NCBI GenBank assembly: GCA_019057385.1
Contig: JAHQJS010000005.1
Coordinates: forward strand, 320,799-384,798
Reading direction: 5' to 3'
From: Candidatus Borrarchaeum weybense
Lineage (GTDB): Archaea; Asgardarchaeota; Sifarchaeia; Borrarchaeales; Borrarchaeaceae
Length of the DNA: 64,000 nucleotides
The first letter of the stretch is position 1; each line of letters opens with the position of its first letter. Positions 50,155-61,004 of the stretch are shown here, in pieces. The notes under the pieces were generated by a model. That model saw only the letters and a list, made by a program, of their open reading frames with translations. It had not been told where the DNA came from and searched no databases. The translations under genes were made by a program, and so were the position numbers.

Positions 50155-51060
50155 TTAGTCATTCTCAGTTTCTTCTGTTTCTTTTGCTTCTTCAATTCTT
50201 CTATCTTTCATCAAACTAACGTTAGCAATAGCTTGTGCCCGTCCAGCAGGATGGTCAAGTAGTTCTGGATGTTCTTCAAGATATTCGTCAACTTCTTCTG
50301 ACGTTACCACACTAACCGATGTTCTACGCTCTTGTTCTTCTGTCACAAACTGTTCCTTTGCTACTTCAGTGATGGCATGTTCTCCAAGAATAATAAAATC
50401 GTTTATCTCGTCTATTTGAGAAAAATTAACCAGTTCTTCAAAATCACAATGAAAAGCAAGTTGTCCATCATAAAGCAAGACGAGGAAGTATTTATGCAAA
50501 GGAGAGTTACAATGCCCGTCACAAGTGCGAATACTGACAACTGGGGAGCCATATATTCTCTCACTCGAACGAAAAGCGTTTAATAGTTGTTCGTTAGAGA
50601 ATATTTCGGAAGAAATTTGGCTGATTTCCCAGCCTAGAAGTGCATTTCCCTCTTTTTCATCTTGAAGCATCGCGAATTCTCCAAGTTGGGGAAAATCTTT
50701 TCTTTCTATCTGAGAGAACGCTTGAAGTTCATCATAACTGCAATGAAAAAAACATTCACCGTCAAAAAATTCAACGAGAAATTCCTGATGCATAGGAGAG
50801 TCGCAAACTTCCTCATCACATGGCCCAATCATAACAAAGGGCGTGCCCCAAGCCCATCCAGGCTTTGTACCTGTTTGCTCATCAAGAAGTTCTTTTGAAA
50901 TTTCGCAAATCGCGCGCCCAAGATCTCTAAGCATTCGTTGCATTTCTCTTTCTTTCTGTCGTCTTTCTCTCTCTATACGTTGTTTTTTACTTTCTCTTCG
51001 TCTAGTATGTTTCTTTTTTTTGGTTTTGGGCTTTCTTTTTTTCTTGGGTTTTGTCACCAT
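50155..51060 (-). CDS. Hypothetical protein with a basic N-terminus and two tandem Cys/His domains
   Basis: Repeated G.P.V.I..CD...C.SP.H..FLV...DG...FHC...EL..FSQI. Confidence 0.75.
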   Translation of the reverse strand: MVTKPKKKRKPKTKKKKHTRRRESKKQRIERERRQKEREMQRMLRDLGRAICEISKELLDEQTGTKPGWAWGTPFVMIGPCDEEVCDSPMHQEFLVEFFDGECFFHCSYDELQAFSQIERKDFPQLGEFAMLQDEKEGNALLGWEISQISSEIFSNEQLLNAFRSSERIYGSPVVSIRTCDGHCNSPLHKYFLVLLYDGQLAFHCDFEELVNFSQIDEINDFIILGEHAITEVAKEQFVTEEQERRTSVSVVTSEEVDEYLEEHPELLDHPAGRAQAIANVSLMKDRRIEEAKETEETEND

Positions 51061-51161
51061 AATCACCTCAAGAAAATAAAACCAACGCAATTAATTCTGA
51101 TTCAATTATATTTGGTACAAAAAATATAATAAATGCCACATATCCATCTTCCAACAAGAAG

Positions 51162-52472
51162 GTGATTTTCTTGCAGAGGATTGATAAAGAGAGTTCTCAA
51201 GCAATTTTTGATCTCGCCGACAAAAATAAACAAAAAATTGTGAATCTATTAGTAGACTTAATTCGAATCCAAACCCCCGTACCCCCTGGACTCAATTATG
51301 AAAAGGCAATTGAGTTCTTATCCCCACAATTTGAATCATTTGGATTCACTTGTACAAAACATGTTATGCCAGAGAATACTTTTTTGGAGAAACAAAAATC
51401 CACTAATCAATTACTTGATGGTCCTCGCATTAATCTTCAAGCTGAAAAAAAATCCGGAAAGAAACCTGGTCTTGTTCTTTATGCACATGTTGATGTTGTT
51501 CCCGTACAGGAAGAGAGTTGGACAGTTCCTCCGTGGGAGGGTGTGATCAAAGACGGAAAAATGTATGGTAGAGGAACGTCAGACTGTAAATCGTCGATAG
51601 CTGCAATCCTTGGTGCATTGGAAACAATTTCAGCGTTAAAGCTTGATCTAGCCTTTGATTTAAACATCCTAATTACCACCGATGAAGAAGTAGGACCATA
51701 TTCTGGTTTATGCTGGCTTGCAGACATGGATGTGGTCTGGGGAGATTATTTCTTCTGTCTGGATGGAAGTTCAGATACATTAGGGATTGGTGCCAATGGA
51801 ATGCTCGAATGGATGGTTGAGGTCCATGGAAAATCGGTGCATAGCGGCATTAGTTTTCTTGGACAAAACGCGATCGAACAAACAAACCTCATCATTAGCG
51901 GATTTTTAGAACTTAAAAATGAAATAGAAAAAAGAAGATCGGTTATGCCCAGTTCTCCTGAGATACAGAATCAAACAGGAGGCAAACGAGCAAATATTAG
52001 TCCAGTACTAAACGTAACAATGATTAATAGCGGGGTAAAAGTCAATATCGTTCCAGATAAGTGTGTAATTAAAGGAGACAGGCGATATATCCCGGAGGAA
52101 AATATAGATGACGTAATAAAAGAACTGGAGGATAAACTCGCTGAAATAAAGAATGCACATCCCGAACTTAGTTATGAACTTAAAACTCGTAAGATTTACG
52201 GGGGGTATTCTACCGAACCGACACATTCATGGGTTTCATTTGTAAAAAACATTATCAGCTATATTAAAGATGAAGAGCCTCCAATAGCTGGAGCGCAGGG
52301 TAGTATTGATGTTGGATGTGTCATGGAAAAACGCAAGATACCCCAATGTGCGTTTGGCGCCGGGACTACGCTTGAATCGAGAATTCATGGACATGATGAA
52401 AATATTCTTGTGAGCGATCTGTTAGATTTGACGAAGGTAATCGCTCTTGTTATCACAAATCCTCTGGATTAG
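51162..52472 (+). CDS. M20 family metallopeptidase/deacylase (ArgE/DapE-like)
   Basis: AHVDVVP, YGRG.SDCK, DEE.G and HG.DE. Confidence 0.9.
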   Translation: MIFLQRIDKESSQAIFDLADKNKQKIVNLLVDLIRIQTPVPPGLNYEKAIEFLSPQFESFGFTCTKHVMPENTFLEKQKSTNQLLDGPRINLQAEKKSGKKPGLVLYAHVDVVPVQEESWTVPPWEGVIKDGKMYGRGTSDCKSSIAAILGALETISALKLDLAFDLNILITTDEEVGPYSGLCWLADMDVVWGDYFFCLDGSSDTLGIGANGMLEWMVEVHGKSVHSGISFLGQNAIEQTNLIISGFLELKNEIEKRRSVMPSSPEIQNQTGGKRANISPVLNVTMINSGVKVNIVPDKCVIKGDRRYIPEENIDDVIKELEDKLAEIKNAHPELSYELKTRKIYGGYSTEPTHSWVSFVKNIISYIKDEEPPIAGAQGSIDVGCVMEKRKIPQCAFGAGTTLESRIHGHDENILVSDLLDLTKVIALVITNPLD

Positions 52473-52477
52473 ATCGT

Positions 52478-53740
52478 CTATGGGAAGAAACCTCTCAATT
52501 GAATTGCTTTTGCCAGGCGTTCTACAGCTTTACAGTAGGCGGCGCTCCTCATTGTGATTTCATCCGTTGTCGCGAGTTTCAAAACTTCATTATATGCTTT
52601 TAATATAACAGCTTCAAGTTCCTTATTTACTTGCGCTTCTGGCCATAAATATGCTTGCGTATCTTGCACCCACTCAAAGTAAGATGCAATAACTCCACCA
52701 GCATTTGCGAGTACATCAGGTACAACGAAGATACCCTTCTCAGCGCAGATCTTATCTGCATTTGGCGTTGTAGGACCGTTGGCTGCCTCAACAACCACCT
52801 TCGCGTTTATTGAGTCTGCGTTTCTCTCTGTTATTTGATCCTCAAGTGCAGCTGGCACTAAGATGTCTACTTCTGATTCAAATAATGCTTTATTTGCTTC
52901 ACTTGCATCTTCAATAAAATCTGTACCTTTGAATTCAGACCAAGGCTGTTCATCATAAAAGTGCTGAAAGAGTTGTGGAATATTTAATCCGTTCTTATCG
53001 AAATGTCCTCCATCGACTGATGTCACACCTACTATCTTATACCCCATCTCGTAAAGAAATTTGGCAAGCCAAGATCCCACGTTTCCAAATCCCTGGATAA
53101 CTACAGATGGATGATTTCGGATTCCTAAGTGTTCCATAGTTTTTTGAGTTACAGTTGCTACACCCTTGCCTGTCGCATATTTTCTACCTAATGATCCTCC
53201 AAGCTCTACGGGTTTCCCAGTCACAATTTCAGGAACTGCATATCCTTTGAAAGTGCTATAGGTATCCATTATCCAAGCCATCACTTTTTCATCAGTGTTT
53301 ACATCTGGAGCGGGAATATCTTTCTCAGGGCCTATCAAGGGAAGAATCATGTAGATGTATCTGCGAGTCAGTCGTTCAATTTCTGTCCGTGACATTTTTG
53401 TTGGATCACACCTGACACCGCCCTTTGCGCCACCATAAGGAATGTCGACTACGGCACATTTTATCGTCATCCAACCCGCGAGTGCTGTTGTTTCGTTTAA
53501 ACTAACTGAAGGATGATATCGAAGACCTCCCTTACAGGGTCCCCTAATATCATTGTAATGTACACGATAGCCATCATAGAGCTGGTAGTCACCGTTGTCA
53601 TGCACAACACCTACCGCTACAGAAAGGGTTCTCATGGGGCGTCTGAGGAAGCTGTGAATATTGGAGTCTAAATTCAATAATTCAGCGGCGTTATCTAAAG
53701 TCTCCAAAAAGTTTTCGAATGGATCCTCTTTGTTACTCAT
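52478..53740 (-). CDS. gdhA: Glutamate dehydrogenase (Glu/Leu/Phe/Val family)
   Basis: GPCKGGLRY, PYGGAKGG, DIPAPD, QGFGNVG and NAGGV..SYFEW. Confidence 0.93.
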   Translation of the reverse strand: MSNKEDPFENFLETLDNAAELLNLDSNIHSFLRRPMRTLSVAVGVVHDNGDYQLYDGYRVHYNDIRGPCKGGLRYHPSVSLNETTALAGWMTIKCAVVDIPYGGAKGGVRCDPTKMSRTEIERLTRRYIYMILPLIGPEKDIPAPDVNTDEKVMAWIMDTYSTFKGYAVPEIVTGKPVELGGSLGRKYATGKGVATVTQKTMEHLGIRNHPSVVIQGFGNVGSWLAKFLYEMGYKIVGVTSVDGGHFDKNGLNIPQLFQHFYDEQPWSEFKGTDFIEDASEANKALFESEVDILVPAALEDQITERNADSINAKVVVEAANGPTTPNADKICAEKGIFVVPDVLANAGGVIASYFEWVQDTQAYLWPEAQVNKELEAVILKAYNEVLKLATTDEITMRSAAYCKAVERLAKAIQLRGFFP

Positions 53741-53800
53741 AAAAAAATCCTTCATTACTTTCATTCAATTTGATGTTTAAATTTCTTAACACTCTTCTAA

Positions 53801-54289
53801 TTATTTCTTTGCTAGGTATTCTTTCGCTTTTTTGAGTGTTGATTTACTAACAATTCCATGGCTTCTTACCAGAGCAGAAAAGTAACACAGGCATCCGGGA
53901 TCTTCAGGGGAGCCGATATAGTTTAAAATAGCGTTATATTTATCTACATCTAAACAAAGTGAGTGTATGGGACAGGAATAGCCTTTGTTGGTTAAAAAAA
54001 GCCCCATACAGGGAGGGCTTCTAGAAACGGGTTTGTCTAGCCCTTCTATAATGAAAGAACACATTTCATCAGAGATTCTTTGGAAATCTTCCTTAGAAAG
54101 GTTTACATCCTCTTTATGATATTCTATGAGTCCTCTAACTATGGATTGAATGGCTAAGTCGATTGCTTCTTTAATAGTCTTTTCAGTCCTAAATTTTTGG
54201 ATCATTCTGTGGAACATACATTCATTACTACGTTCTCTATAGAAAAGACACGGCATACGAATAAGAGATGTGATAACGGTTTGGGTCAT
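53801..54289 (-). CDS. Hypothetical Cys-rich protein
   Basis: 162-aa ORF with several Cys/His clusters. Confidence 0.6.
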   Translation of the reverse strand: MTQTVITSLIRMPCLFYRERSNECMFHRMIQKFRTEKTIKEAIDLAIQSIVRGLIEYHKEDVNLSKEDFQRISDEMCSFIIEGLDKPVSRSPPCMGLFLTNKGYSCPIHSLCLDVDKYNAILNYIGSPEDPGCLCYFSALVRSHGIVSKSTLKKAKEYLAKK

Positions 54290-54524
54290 TGGCAGAACTA
54301 TCCCAAGAAGTGAGTCTTTTATAAAATAGGGGCGAATACCATAGTATTAAATATCTCGATCGATTCTCCAGTCAATGATATTTTAAAGACTATACTATAT
54401 TTACTTTCCCTTTTTTGATTCAGTAGTTTGGAAGGTCTTAAAGAGCCATCAAAAAACTAAGTACCAAAAGAGTTAATTATCTTTCCTTAAGTTTTATCGT
54501 GATTGACCTAAAGGAGTTTTGCTC

Positions 54525-55346
54525 ATGAAATTATTGTTAGCTTACTTTTCTGCAACAGGAAACACCGCACAAATAGCAAATACTGTAAAAGAACAACTAA
54601 CTGAGTTAAATGTAGAAATTGACGAATTTAATATGACTTCATATTCTGATAGACAAAAAAATATTAATTTAGATCCTTATGATGCAGTAATTTTCGGATT
54701 TCCTGTTTATGACAATAGAGCACCACGATTGGCAAGAGAATGGTTGCAGACATTGAATGGTAAGGGTAAGAAATGTGCTACCTTTTTTACTTATGGCGGG
54801 ATTCGTGTGCATCCATCCCATTATTCTACTCGTCAGATATTGGAAAAACAGAATTTCGAAGTTGTTTCATCTGCTGAGTTCTTAGGTGCGCATACATTTA
54901 ATTTAGCTGGATGGGAGGCAATGGAAAACAGACCCGCCCCCTCAGATTTTGATGTCGCTAGAGAATATGCGTTAAAAACCTATAAGAAATTCATTAATAA
55001 GGATTCTAGACGCTTAGGTGAACTAGAAAAAGGCATGCTTAATGAAGAACAATTGGATGAATTGGAGAATTCTAAGTTTAAGATAATCAAACAATTTCCT
55101 ACCAGAGACGGCAAAGAATGCAGCATGTGCCGAACCTGTGAAGAGCAATGTCCTACGCAGGCCATGAATGCTGAAGAAGGGTCTGCAAACAAGGATGATT
55201 GTATCGTCTGCCTTAGATGTGTCGCTAATTGTCCTGATAAGGTATTGAAAATAAATGATCTAAGTAAAATCTTCAAGATGCTACTACAAAGAGATAATAC
55301 AACAAAGGAACTTTTGGCGAAAAAAACAAGTAAAATCTATTTGTAG
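54525..55346 (+). CDS. Flavodoxin-ferredoxin fusion (EFR1-like)
   Basis: YFSATGNT, FGFPVY and two CxxCxxCxxxCP motifs. Confidence 0.9.
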   Translation: MKLLLAYFSATGNTAQIANTVKEQLTELNVEIDEFNMTSYSDRQKNINLDPYDAVIFGFPVYDNRAPRLAREWLQTLNGKGKKCATFFTYGGIRVHPSHYSTRQILEKQNFEVVSSAEFLGAHTFNLAGWEAMENRPAPSDFDVAREYALKTYKKFINKDSRRLGELEKGMLNEEQLDELENSKFKIIKQFPTRDGKECSMCRTCEEQCPTQAMNAEEGSANKDDCIVCLRCVANCPDKVLKINDLSKIFKMLLQRDNTTKELLAKKTSKIYL

Positions 55347-55433
55347 GTATTATTTGTCATTTCTAAACGAATTAGTTCTGCTCTCTTTAATTTTATTATC
55401 GCGAGAAGACCTCCCCCGAAAGGGTGGGGTAGT

Positions 55434-56417
55434 TCACTTGTAAAACCTCTTGAATACTCGACAGACCGCCAATCCCATCCATAAAAGCAAATCTTTATCT
55501 CTACCCTTGGTCAATTTCAGATTCCATGTCCCGTTCTCTTCTTGATTGTTAGTAAACCAATCAAGAGCTTCCTTGATTTGTGGATTATCAACAGAAAATC
55601 CAAGATAAGACAGCGAATCAAGTGATGACAATAAGTCGGTAAACCAAAAAGGAAATGTAAATCTAGTCCAATAATTGACTGCTTGTCGATCAGAGTAGCG
55701 ATCCCGTTTGAAAAAACGAGATGCCAAGAATTCTCCAGCATCTTTAGCTTCTTTTGTTTTTCGAAATTCAGGATGCGCCGCAAATGCTCTTAATACACAT
55801 CCTGTCACCAACCAAGCAGATGGCATCAAAAGATCAGGCATCAAAATTTCAGAATGCAACATTTCTCTATCTAATTTCTTGCCAACTGTTCTAAATGGAA
55901 TTGCCCAGCCGCCATCACTTTGGCGAATAGAAAGAAGCCATTTAAATCCTTTTTCAATCCTAGGATCATTATCATAGCCTGCTTTAATGAGAATTTCCAT
56001 GGTCATTGCAGTATAGGTTGGAGCGTACTGAGTTCCATAAATTCCTCTGAAATCACCTTCTTCTGTCTGAAAACTGAATAAGAACTCAGCTGCCTTTTGC
56101 ATTGCAGGGTGTTTTTTGTTAATTCCATATTTTTCAACCAATTCTCCAATGATTCTATACGTCTCAAGTTGATTATAGTTCTCTCTTGAACGAATGGACG
56201 TGTCGCCACCGGGATATTTCCAAAAACCATCCTCTTGCTGTTTTCGAATGAGTTTTTTAACTTGGGATAACTGCCACAATGTTTCAATAGACTCCATTTC
56301 CTTTTTACCAAGTAAATCACGTTGGGTAAAAAACAAAATTGCCTCATTTCTTGATGTTAGCAATGGGGGTAAAGGGTCAAAGTTAAGTTGTTTTCTCCAT
56401 CTCTCTACCATCGTCAT
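55434..56417 (-). CDS. Prenyltransferase/squalene-oxidase-repeat (alpha/alpha toroid) protein
   Basis: Repeated Q..DG.W motifs (QQEDGFW, QTEEGDF, RQSDGGW, QEENGTW). Confidence 0.75.
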   Translation of the reverse strand: MTMVERWRKQLNFDPLPPLLTSRNEAILFFTQRDLLGKKEMESIETLWQLSQVKKLIRKQQEDGFWKYPGGDTSIRSRENYNQLETYRIIGELVEKYGINKKHPAMQKAAEFLFSFQTEEGDFRGIYGTQYAPTYTAMTMEILIKAGYDNDPRIEKGFKWLLSIRQSDGGWAIPFRTVGKKLDREMLHSEILMPDLLMPSAWLVTGCVLRAFAAHPEFRKTKEAKDAGEFLASRFFKRDRYSDRQAVNYWTRFTFPFWFTDLLSSLDSLSYLGFSVDNPQIKEALDWFTNNQEENGTWNLKLTKGRDKDLLLWMGLAVCRVFKRFYK

Positions 56418-56491
56418 TCACCATTAATTTAAAACAAAAACATCTTTAAAGTGAATTTGTATCATTCAGATTAAAAAACTAAGGTGGCAGG

Positions 56492-57106
56492 ATGTATATT
56501 TGGTTTTTTTTCTGTATAATTGGTGTAATCGCAATAATACCACTTCATTTTTTATCCGTAGAGCACTTGAAACTCCAAGAAAAGTACGGTAAAGAGAAGG
56601 GGATCAAACGAGGTGAGATTTATGGACTCATTTCAGGATGGTTTTTTTTCATCTTTTGGATGGGGCTCTGGTTTTCACCACAATCAAGATTTACTGTTCC
56701 AATTCTTCAGAATGTATCCGTCATCATTCCAATTATTAATTTTTCAATTCCTGTGTTTCACCTGATAATTTGTACGCCTTTCCTCGCTCTGGGTGCCTGG
56801 TTAGGGATTAAGGGTGTACAGGAAACTACCCTAAAAGTAGCAGAAACACATAGACCGGAAAAAATTATTACAGGAGGAGTTTATTCCGCTGTCAGGCATC
56901 CACAATACTTTGGTGGATTACTTGCTCACGTGGGAATTTCTTTTCTCTTATCAGCAATTTATTCCTTGTTTTTTACTCCTCTGATGATTTTACTAGTCTA
57001 TCTCATATCATGGAAAGAAGAAAAGGAGTTAGTCAGAGAATTTGGCAAAGAATATGAAGATTATAAAAAGAAGGTGCCAATGCTACTGCCAAAGATTAGA
57101 AAATGA
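56492..57106 (+). CDS. Isoprenylcysteine carboxyl methyltransferase/PEMT family membrane protein
   Basis: GVYS.VRHPQY.G and EE..L...FG..Y..Y...VP. Confidence 0.88.
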   Translation: MYIWFFFCIIGVIAIIPLHFLSVEHLKLQEKYGKEKGIKRGEIYGLISGWFFFIFWMGLWFSPQSRFTVPILQNVSVIIPIINFSIPVFHLIICTPFLALGAWLGIKGVQETTLKVAETHRPEKIITGGVYSAVRHPQYFGGLLAHVGISFLLSAIYSLFFTPLMILLVYLISWKEEKELVREFGKEYEDYKKKVPMLLPKIRK

Positions 57107-57204
57107 TTTCAGTTGTGTTCGCTATTTAATCCATTCTTAAGGGTTCCTGATCTCTTTGGTTACAAAAAGACGTTTAATGCTCTCTTCTAACTTATTAAGC
57201 GACC

Positions 57205-57375
57205 TTAACCTTTAATAAATGCAAAAAACTCTTTTTCTTGTGATTCTACAAATTTAACGAATTCTTCGATAAGTTTCATCTTGCTGACCTTTAATTTTTG
57301 GTTTAGAAGCAATTTCGCTTGCAATTCGTCAATCTTATTTTTCACTTCAGTCGCAACGCGTATTGTAGTAACCAA
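57205..57375 (-). CDS. Small ribbon-helix-helix/VapB-like protein (below the ORF-track cutoff)
   Basis: GGGGAG then TTG; MVTTIRVATEVKNKIDELQAKLLL...; no adjacent toxin seen. Confidence 0.55.
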   Translation of the reverse strand: MVTTIRVATEVKNKIDELQAKLLLNQKLKVSKMKLIEEFVKFVESQEKEFFAFIKG

Positions 57376-57820
57376 ACAACTCCCCCTGAGTTTGTATAAT
57401 TTTATACTTTTTCTTAACTTATAGTTAATTCGACAGATAAAATCTCAAAATTAACATATAGTAGACTTTCATACATATATACTTTTATACTGAATATTTG
57501 CTGTTCTCTAGGGAACTATTTCAGCCAAAATATTTCTAAATTTTCGCAAGAATACATAAAAATCTACAAGTCTTCTTTGTATCCCTTTAAGATTTTCCTC
57601 ATTCTTTGATACTACTTTTGACAAGCTAAGACTAGCACTTTTTCCAAAAGAAATATAAATGATTGTAATGCGCTTCTCTTACCTATTTCACAAAACTATA
57701 GTAACGAACATGAGAGAGAGTTATAACATAGCTTTCAACTCGAAAAGGCTCTGAAACTAAATAACTGGAAATTAAACGGAAGGGTGAACTGCGATGGCGA
57801 AAGAAATGGAGGTGAACTTG

Positions 57821-58045
57821 ATGACAGAGAAGGAACCGATAAGGAAATATCGAACAGTAGATGGTACATTTCAGATCTTGTGTTATAAAGCACATGAGCA
57901 ATGTGGTAAGGATTGCCCACAAATGAAACTGTGGCGGGAAGTAGCTGCATTTCAGAAATTAGGCTTTAAGTGTTTTATTAGAAACGGTGGCGATATATGG
58001 GAAACTAAATTCGAATATGATCCTTTAGGGATGATGTTTTCGTGA
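57821..58045 (+). CDS. Small hypothetical protein
   Basis: GGAGGTG before the start; C..H..C...C cluster. Confidence 0.5.
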   Translation: MTEKEPIRKYRTVDGTFQILCYKAHEQCGKDCPQMKLWREVAAFQKLGFKCFIRNGGDIWETKFEYDPLGMMFS

Positions 58046-58523
58046 GATATGTGCAAAAAAGGGCAAATTGTTATACATAGCCTTTTTTTGTCGATAATAA
58101 ATATGGAAACGATTCTTTCTTCATTTTTTTCAATTTAGCAGAGCAGAAATGAATGTTCGGGTGTTTTCAGAAATATTCTCTTTATGAATAAGTGGTTAAA
58201 CGTCTGTTTTTCAGCAAAAATACCGTTTTTGTGAAATAGATATTTGTGAGTAATACTCACCATCTTTTTAGATGCTCTAAGATAGAAAAGAAATCGCAAG
58301 AAAACAGAGTTAAAATATATATTGGGCGTTCTCCTTAGAGTTTTCATATTTTATAAAAAGCCATTTTCACTTACGTGAAATTTTTATTTCAGGCAATTCA
58401 CTGAGACAGAACAAGAAAAATGAATAATATGGTGCTAAAAATAGCTGATATACTCTGGAAAAAGGATAATTAGAAAGAATGACTTTCTAATCATCTTGTA
58501 ACTATTCTTATGAGACTAATTCA

Positions 58524-58658
58524 TTAAGGGAGTAGATTTCCTAACGCAGGTCCTAAGACTGGAACGGAAAATACTTGAAAGTATTCTAAGGCAAATACCA
58601 CAGCTACTACTATTACAATTAACGCTATGATACCTCCAACGACTTTTCCTTTACCCAT
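58524..58658 (-). CDS. Small single-TM membrane protein
   Basis: GGTGA before ATG; MGKGKVVGGIIALIVIVVAVVFAL... Confidence 0.6.
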   Translation of the reverse strand: MGKGKVVGGIIALIVIVVAVVFALEYFQVFSVPVLGPALGNLLP

Positions 58659-59162
58659 TTTTTCTTCACCAACCTTGATACTTAATCGAATTTTGCATGT
58701 TTTGATTTTAGACAAAAGCAAACAGCACTACTTCCAATATTAGTATTCAATACTCCGATAAAAATTCTCTGCAAAAAAAATAAATATATATTTGCGAATA
58801 TTTTAAGGGTAGTTGCAAAATATAGTACTTTACATTTTCACAGGATTAAATTTCTCAAAAAACAGTCATTCACTCTTCTTCTTTCTTAATAGACTTTAGA
58901 TTTTGTAATCTCTGGATTCTACACATTTACAAAAAAATTGGAGGGGGATATACGTCCAATATTCCTAAAAGGATATCGAGAGGTATAATGCCCGAAAAAG
59001 AATGGCTTCGGATGTGTCTCCCCCATTGGTATATTTTCTTCCTTTTAGAATTTGCATCTTAGAAGTTTTTGTCCACAAAATCGTCAATCGAGTTCGTTAA
59101 GGAAGTTTATAAAAAAAAAATGGGTGGTGTAAGATTCTAAAAGCAACAAGGCTAACCGTTTA

Positions 59163-59672
59163 CTATTTCTTGAACTTGTAGAGAAATTCGCAGTACTCAT
59201 CTCCCCACTCTGGGCATTTTGTTAACTTAAAGTCTATTTTAGGATTAACTGCCTTGAATCCTTCTTTCACAAATGTGGCACAAGGTTCGCCGCAAACTTT
59301 AAAGGCATCAAGAACATTATATTCTTTAGCCCTCTCCCAGAGCGCACATTTATATGTTCTCCTCACAGCTCTTTCTGGTGTTGACTCAACAATTTCAGAT
59401 GTGTATTCAGGACCGAGGGCAACTTTGCCAACGACAAGGGATAATCTAGCAGCCCCTGCTGCATCTTCTACTGGTATGTTGTATTTTTGCTGAATCATTG
59501 GATGAAGCGCCGCACCGCCTCCACCCCACATTCCATTTAAAATCTCTATGACTTTTTCTTTACCCAAGGCACCCACAAGTTGCGCCATTAAACCCATTGC
59601 TGATCCACTGAAAACATTAGTGGCGAATGCCCATTTATCTTCAACTGGGACTTTATCAGCTATCTCAGCCAT
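59163..59672 (-). CDS. V4R/ATC-hydrolase-like domain protein (short subfamily)
   Basis: YKCALW, CGEPC and KCPEWGDEYCE. Confidence 0.8.
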   Translation of the reverse strand: MAEIADKVPVEDKWAFATNVFSGSAMGLMAQLVGALGKEKVIEILNGMWGGGGAALHPMIQQKYNIPVEDAAGAARLSLVVGKVALGPEYTSEIVESTPERAVRRTYKCALWERAKEYNVLDAFKVCGEPCATFVKEGFKAVNPKIDFKLTKCPEWGDEYCEFLYKFKK

Positions 59673-59704
59673 TTTCCATCCTCTCCTCAATTTGGGTACT
59701 TATA

Positions 59705-59810
59705 GTGCGCCCCTCCTCGGCGCTTAGGGTGTAAAGAGTCACTTTAATGAGAGTCCTTCAAGTTCACTCTTTCAATAGTGACTCCTGTTCATTTGACTGA
59801 ACTTACCCTA
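59705..59810 (-). ncRNA. Candidate structured 5' leader RNA, copy B
   Basis: TAGGGT/ACCCTA, GTTCA/TGAAC, AGGAGTCACT/AGTGACTCTT and AGAGT/ACTCT stems, then GCGCC-GAGGAGG-GGCGC. Confidence 0.6.
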
Positions 59811-59814
59811 GGAC

Positions 59815-59828
59815 TTGTCATATGACAA
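59815..59828. promoter_or_regulatory. Palindrome TTGTCATATGACAA (candidate operator)
   Basis: Perfect 14-bp palindrome; near-identical TTGACATATGACAA at 39946-39959 in the same position relative to leader A. Confidence 0.6.
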
Positions 59829-60023
59829 TTAAAAAATTAAAATTGCCATTAAATGACAAGTCAAAAATATATTTATAGCAAGTTCTATATATAGTTTTTG
59901 CAAATTAATACTTTACAAATATCTAGTTTATGCTACATATAAGTAACGGCGTGAAAGACTTTCATAACTACAAGGAAAATCGAAATTGTCTCCCTCCATC
60001 ACCCCCTAAAATAGGATTTATTT

Positions 60024-61004
60024 TCATTCTTCTAATTTTACGACGCATTCACAATAGGGATCTCCAGCACACATACAAGTAATCATTTCCCATGTAGCGT
60101 TTGGATTTATGGTACTACCAATGACATGATCGAAGCGATTGCACCAATCACTGATATCCTTATATTCTGTTTGAAACGGACACTTAATAATTCTCCATCT
60201 GTTGATTGTTTTCGATCGCTCAAGTATATTGGTATCCTGACCTGCGAGTTCATGCCAGATGTCCCAGCACTTCCCAATTGTTTCGCAATCATTGCCTTCT
60301 AGTTTGAAGATGGTTCGAATTGTATTGGCAATATTCTTGATTCTATCACCCATTTCGTTGAACGTTTCATACATTCTAATTGCTTCTAACGCACCATATT
60401 TCTCGCGTAGCGCATATAACCAACTTTTATGGTTAGATGTCCAACCTTTCATAGCAAAATTGTATTTTAGTTCCCATGGTATCTTCATTTTCTTAACCGT
60501 AGTCTTCACAGTTACCTCATTCGATGTTTTCTCTTGTAACCTCCAAACGTATTCGCAATAGGGATCTCCGGCACACATTCCTTTAGGGCGTTCGAGGATA
60601 ACCTTTGAATTAACAATCTTTCCCATAATATCGAAGAAGGATAAGGACCAGTCGCTGATATCTTCGTATCCTGTTTCAAGTGGACACTTGGTGACCTTTC
60701 TTCTATTGATTATTTTGGATCGCTTAAGCAAACCAGCTTCAGTCCCAGTTAGCTCATCCCAGATGTCAAGTATTTCTCCAATCGTTTCGCAATCGTTGCC
60801 TTTAAGGTTGAAGATGGTTAGAATAGCATTTGCAAAATTCTTTACTCTTTCATCAATTTTTTGAGCCCTCTCAAAAAGATCAAGAGCTGCTGCTGGACCA
60901 TATTTCTTCCGGTTAGCATATAAGTATCCTCGATGGCTGGATGCCCAACCTCTCATTGCCCAGTCATGTTTTAGTTCCCAGGGTATCGCTAGTTTCTTAG
61001 CCAA
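60024..61004 (-). CDS. Tandem two-domain V4R/ATC-hydrolase-like protein
   Basis: Two internal repeats, each with KCP and MCAGDPYCE. Confidence 0.8.
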   Translation of the reverse strand: MAKKLAIPWELKHDWAMRGWASSHRGYLYANRKKYGPAAALDLFERAQKIDERVKNFANAILTIFNLKGNDCETIGEILDIWDELTGTEAGLLKRSKIINRRKVTKCPLETGYEDISDWSLSFFDIMGKIVNSKVILERPKGMCAGDPYCEYVWRLQEKTSNEVTVKTTVKKMKIPWELKYNFAMKGWTSNHKSWLYALREKYGALEAIRMYETFNEMGDRIKNIANTIRTIFKLEGNDCETIGKCWDIWHELAGQDTNILERSKTINRWRIIKCPFQTEYKDISDWCNRFDHVIGSTINPNATWEMITCMCAGDPYCECVVKLEE

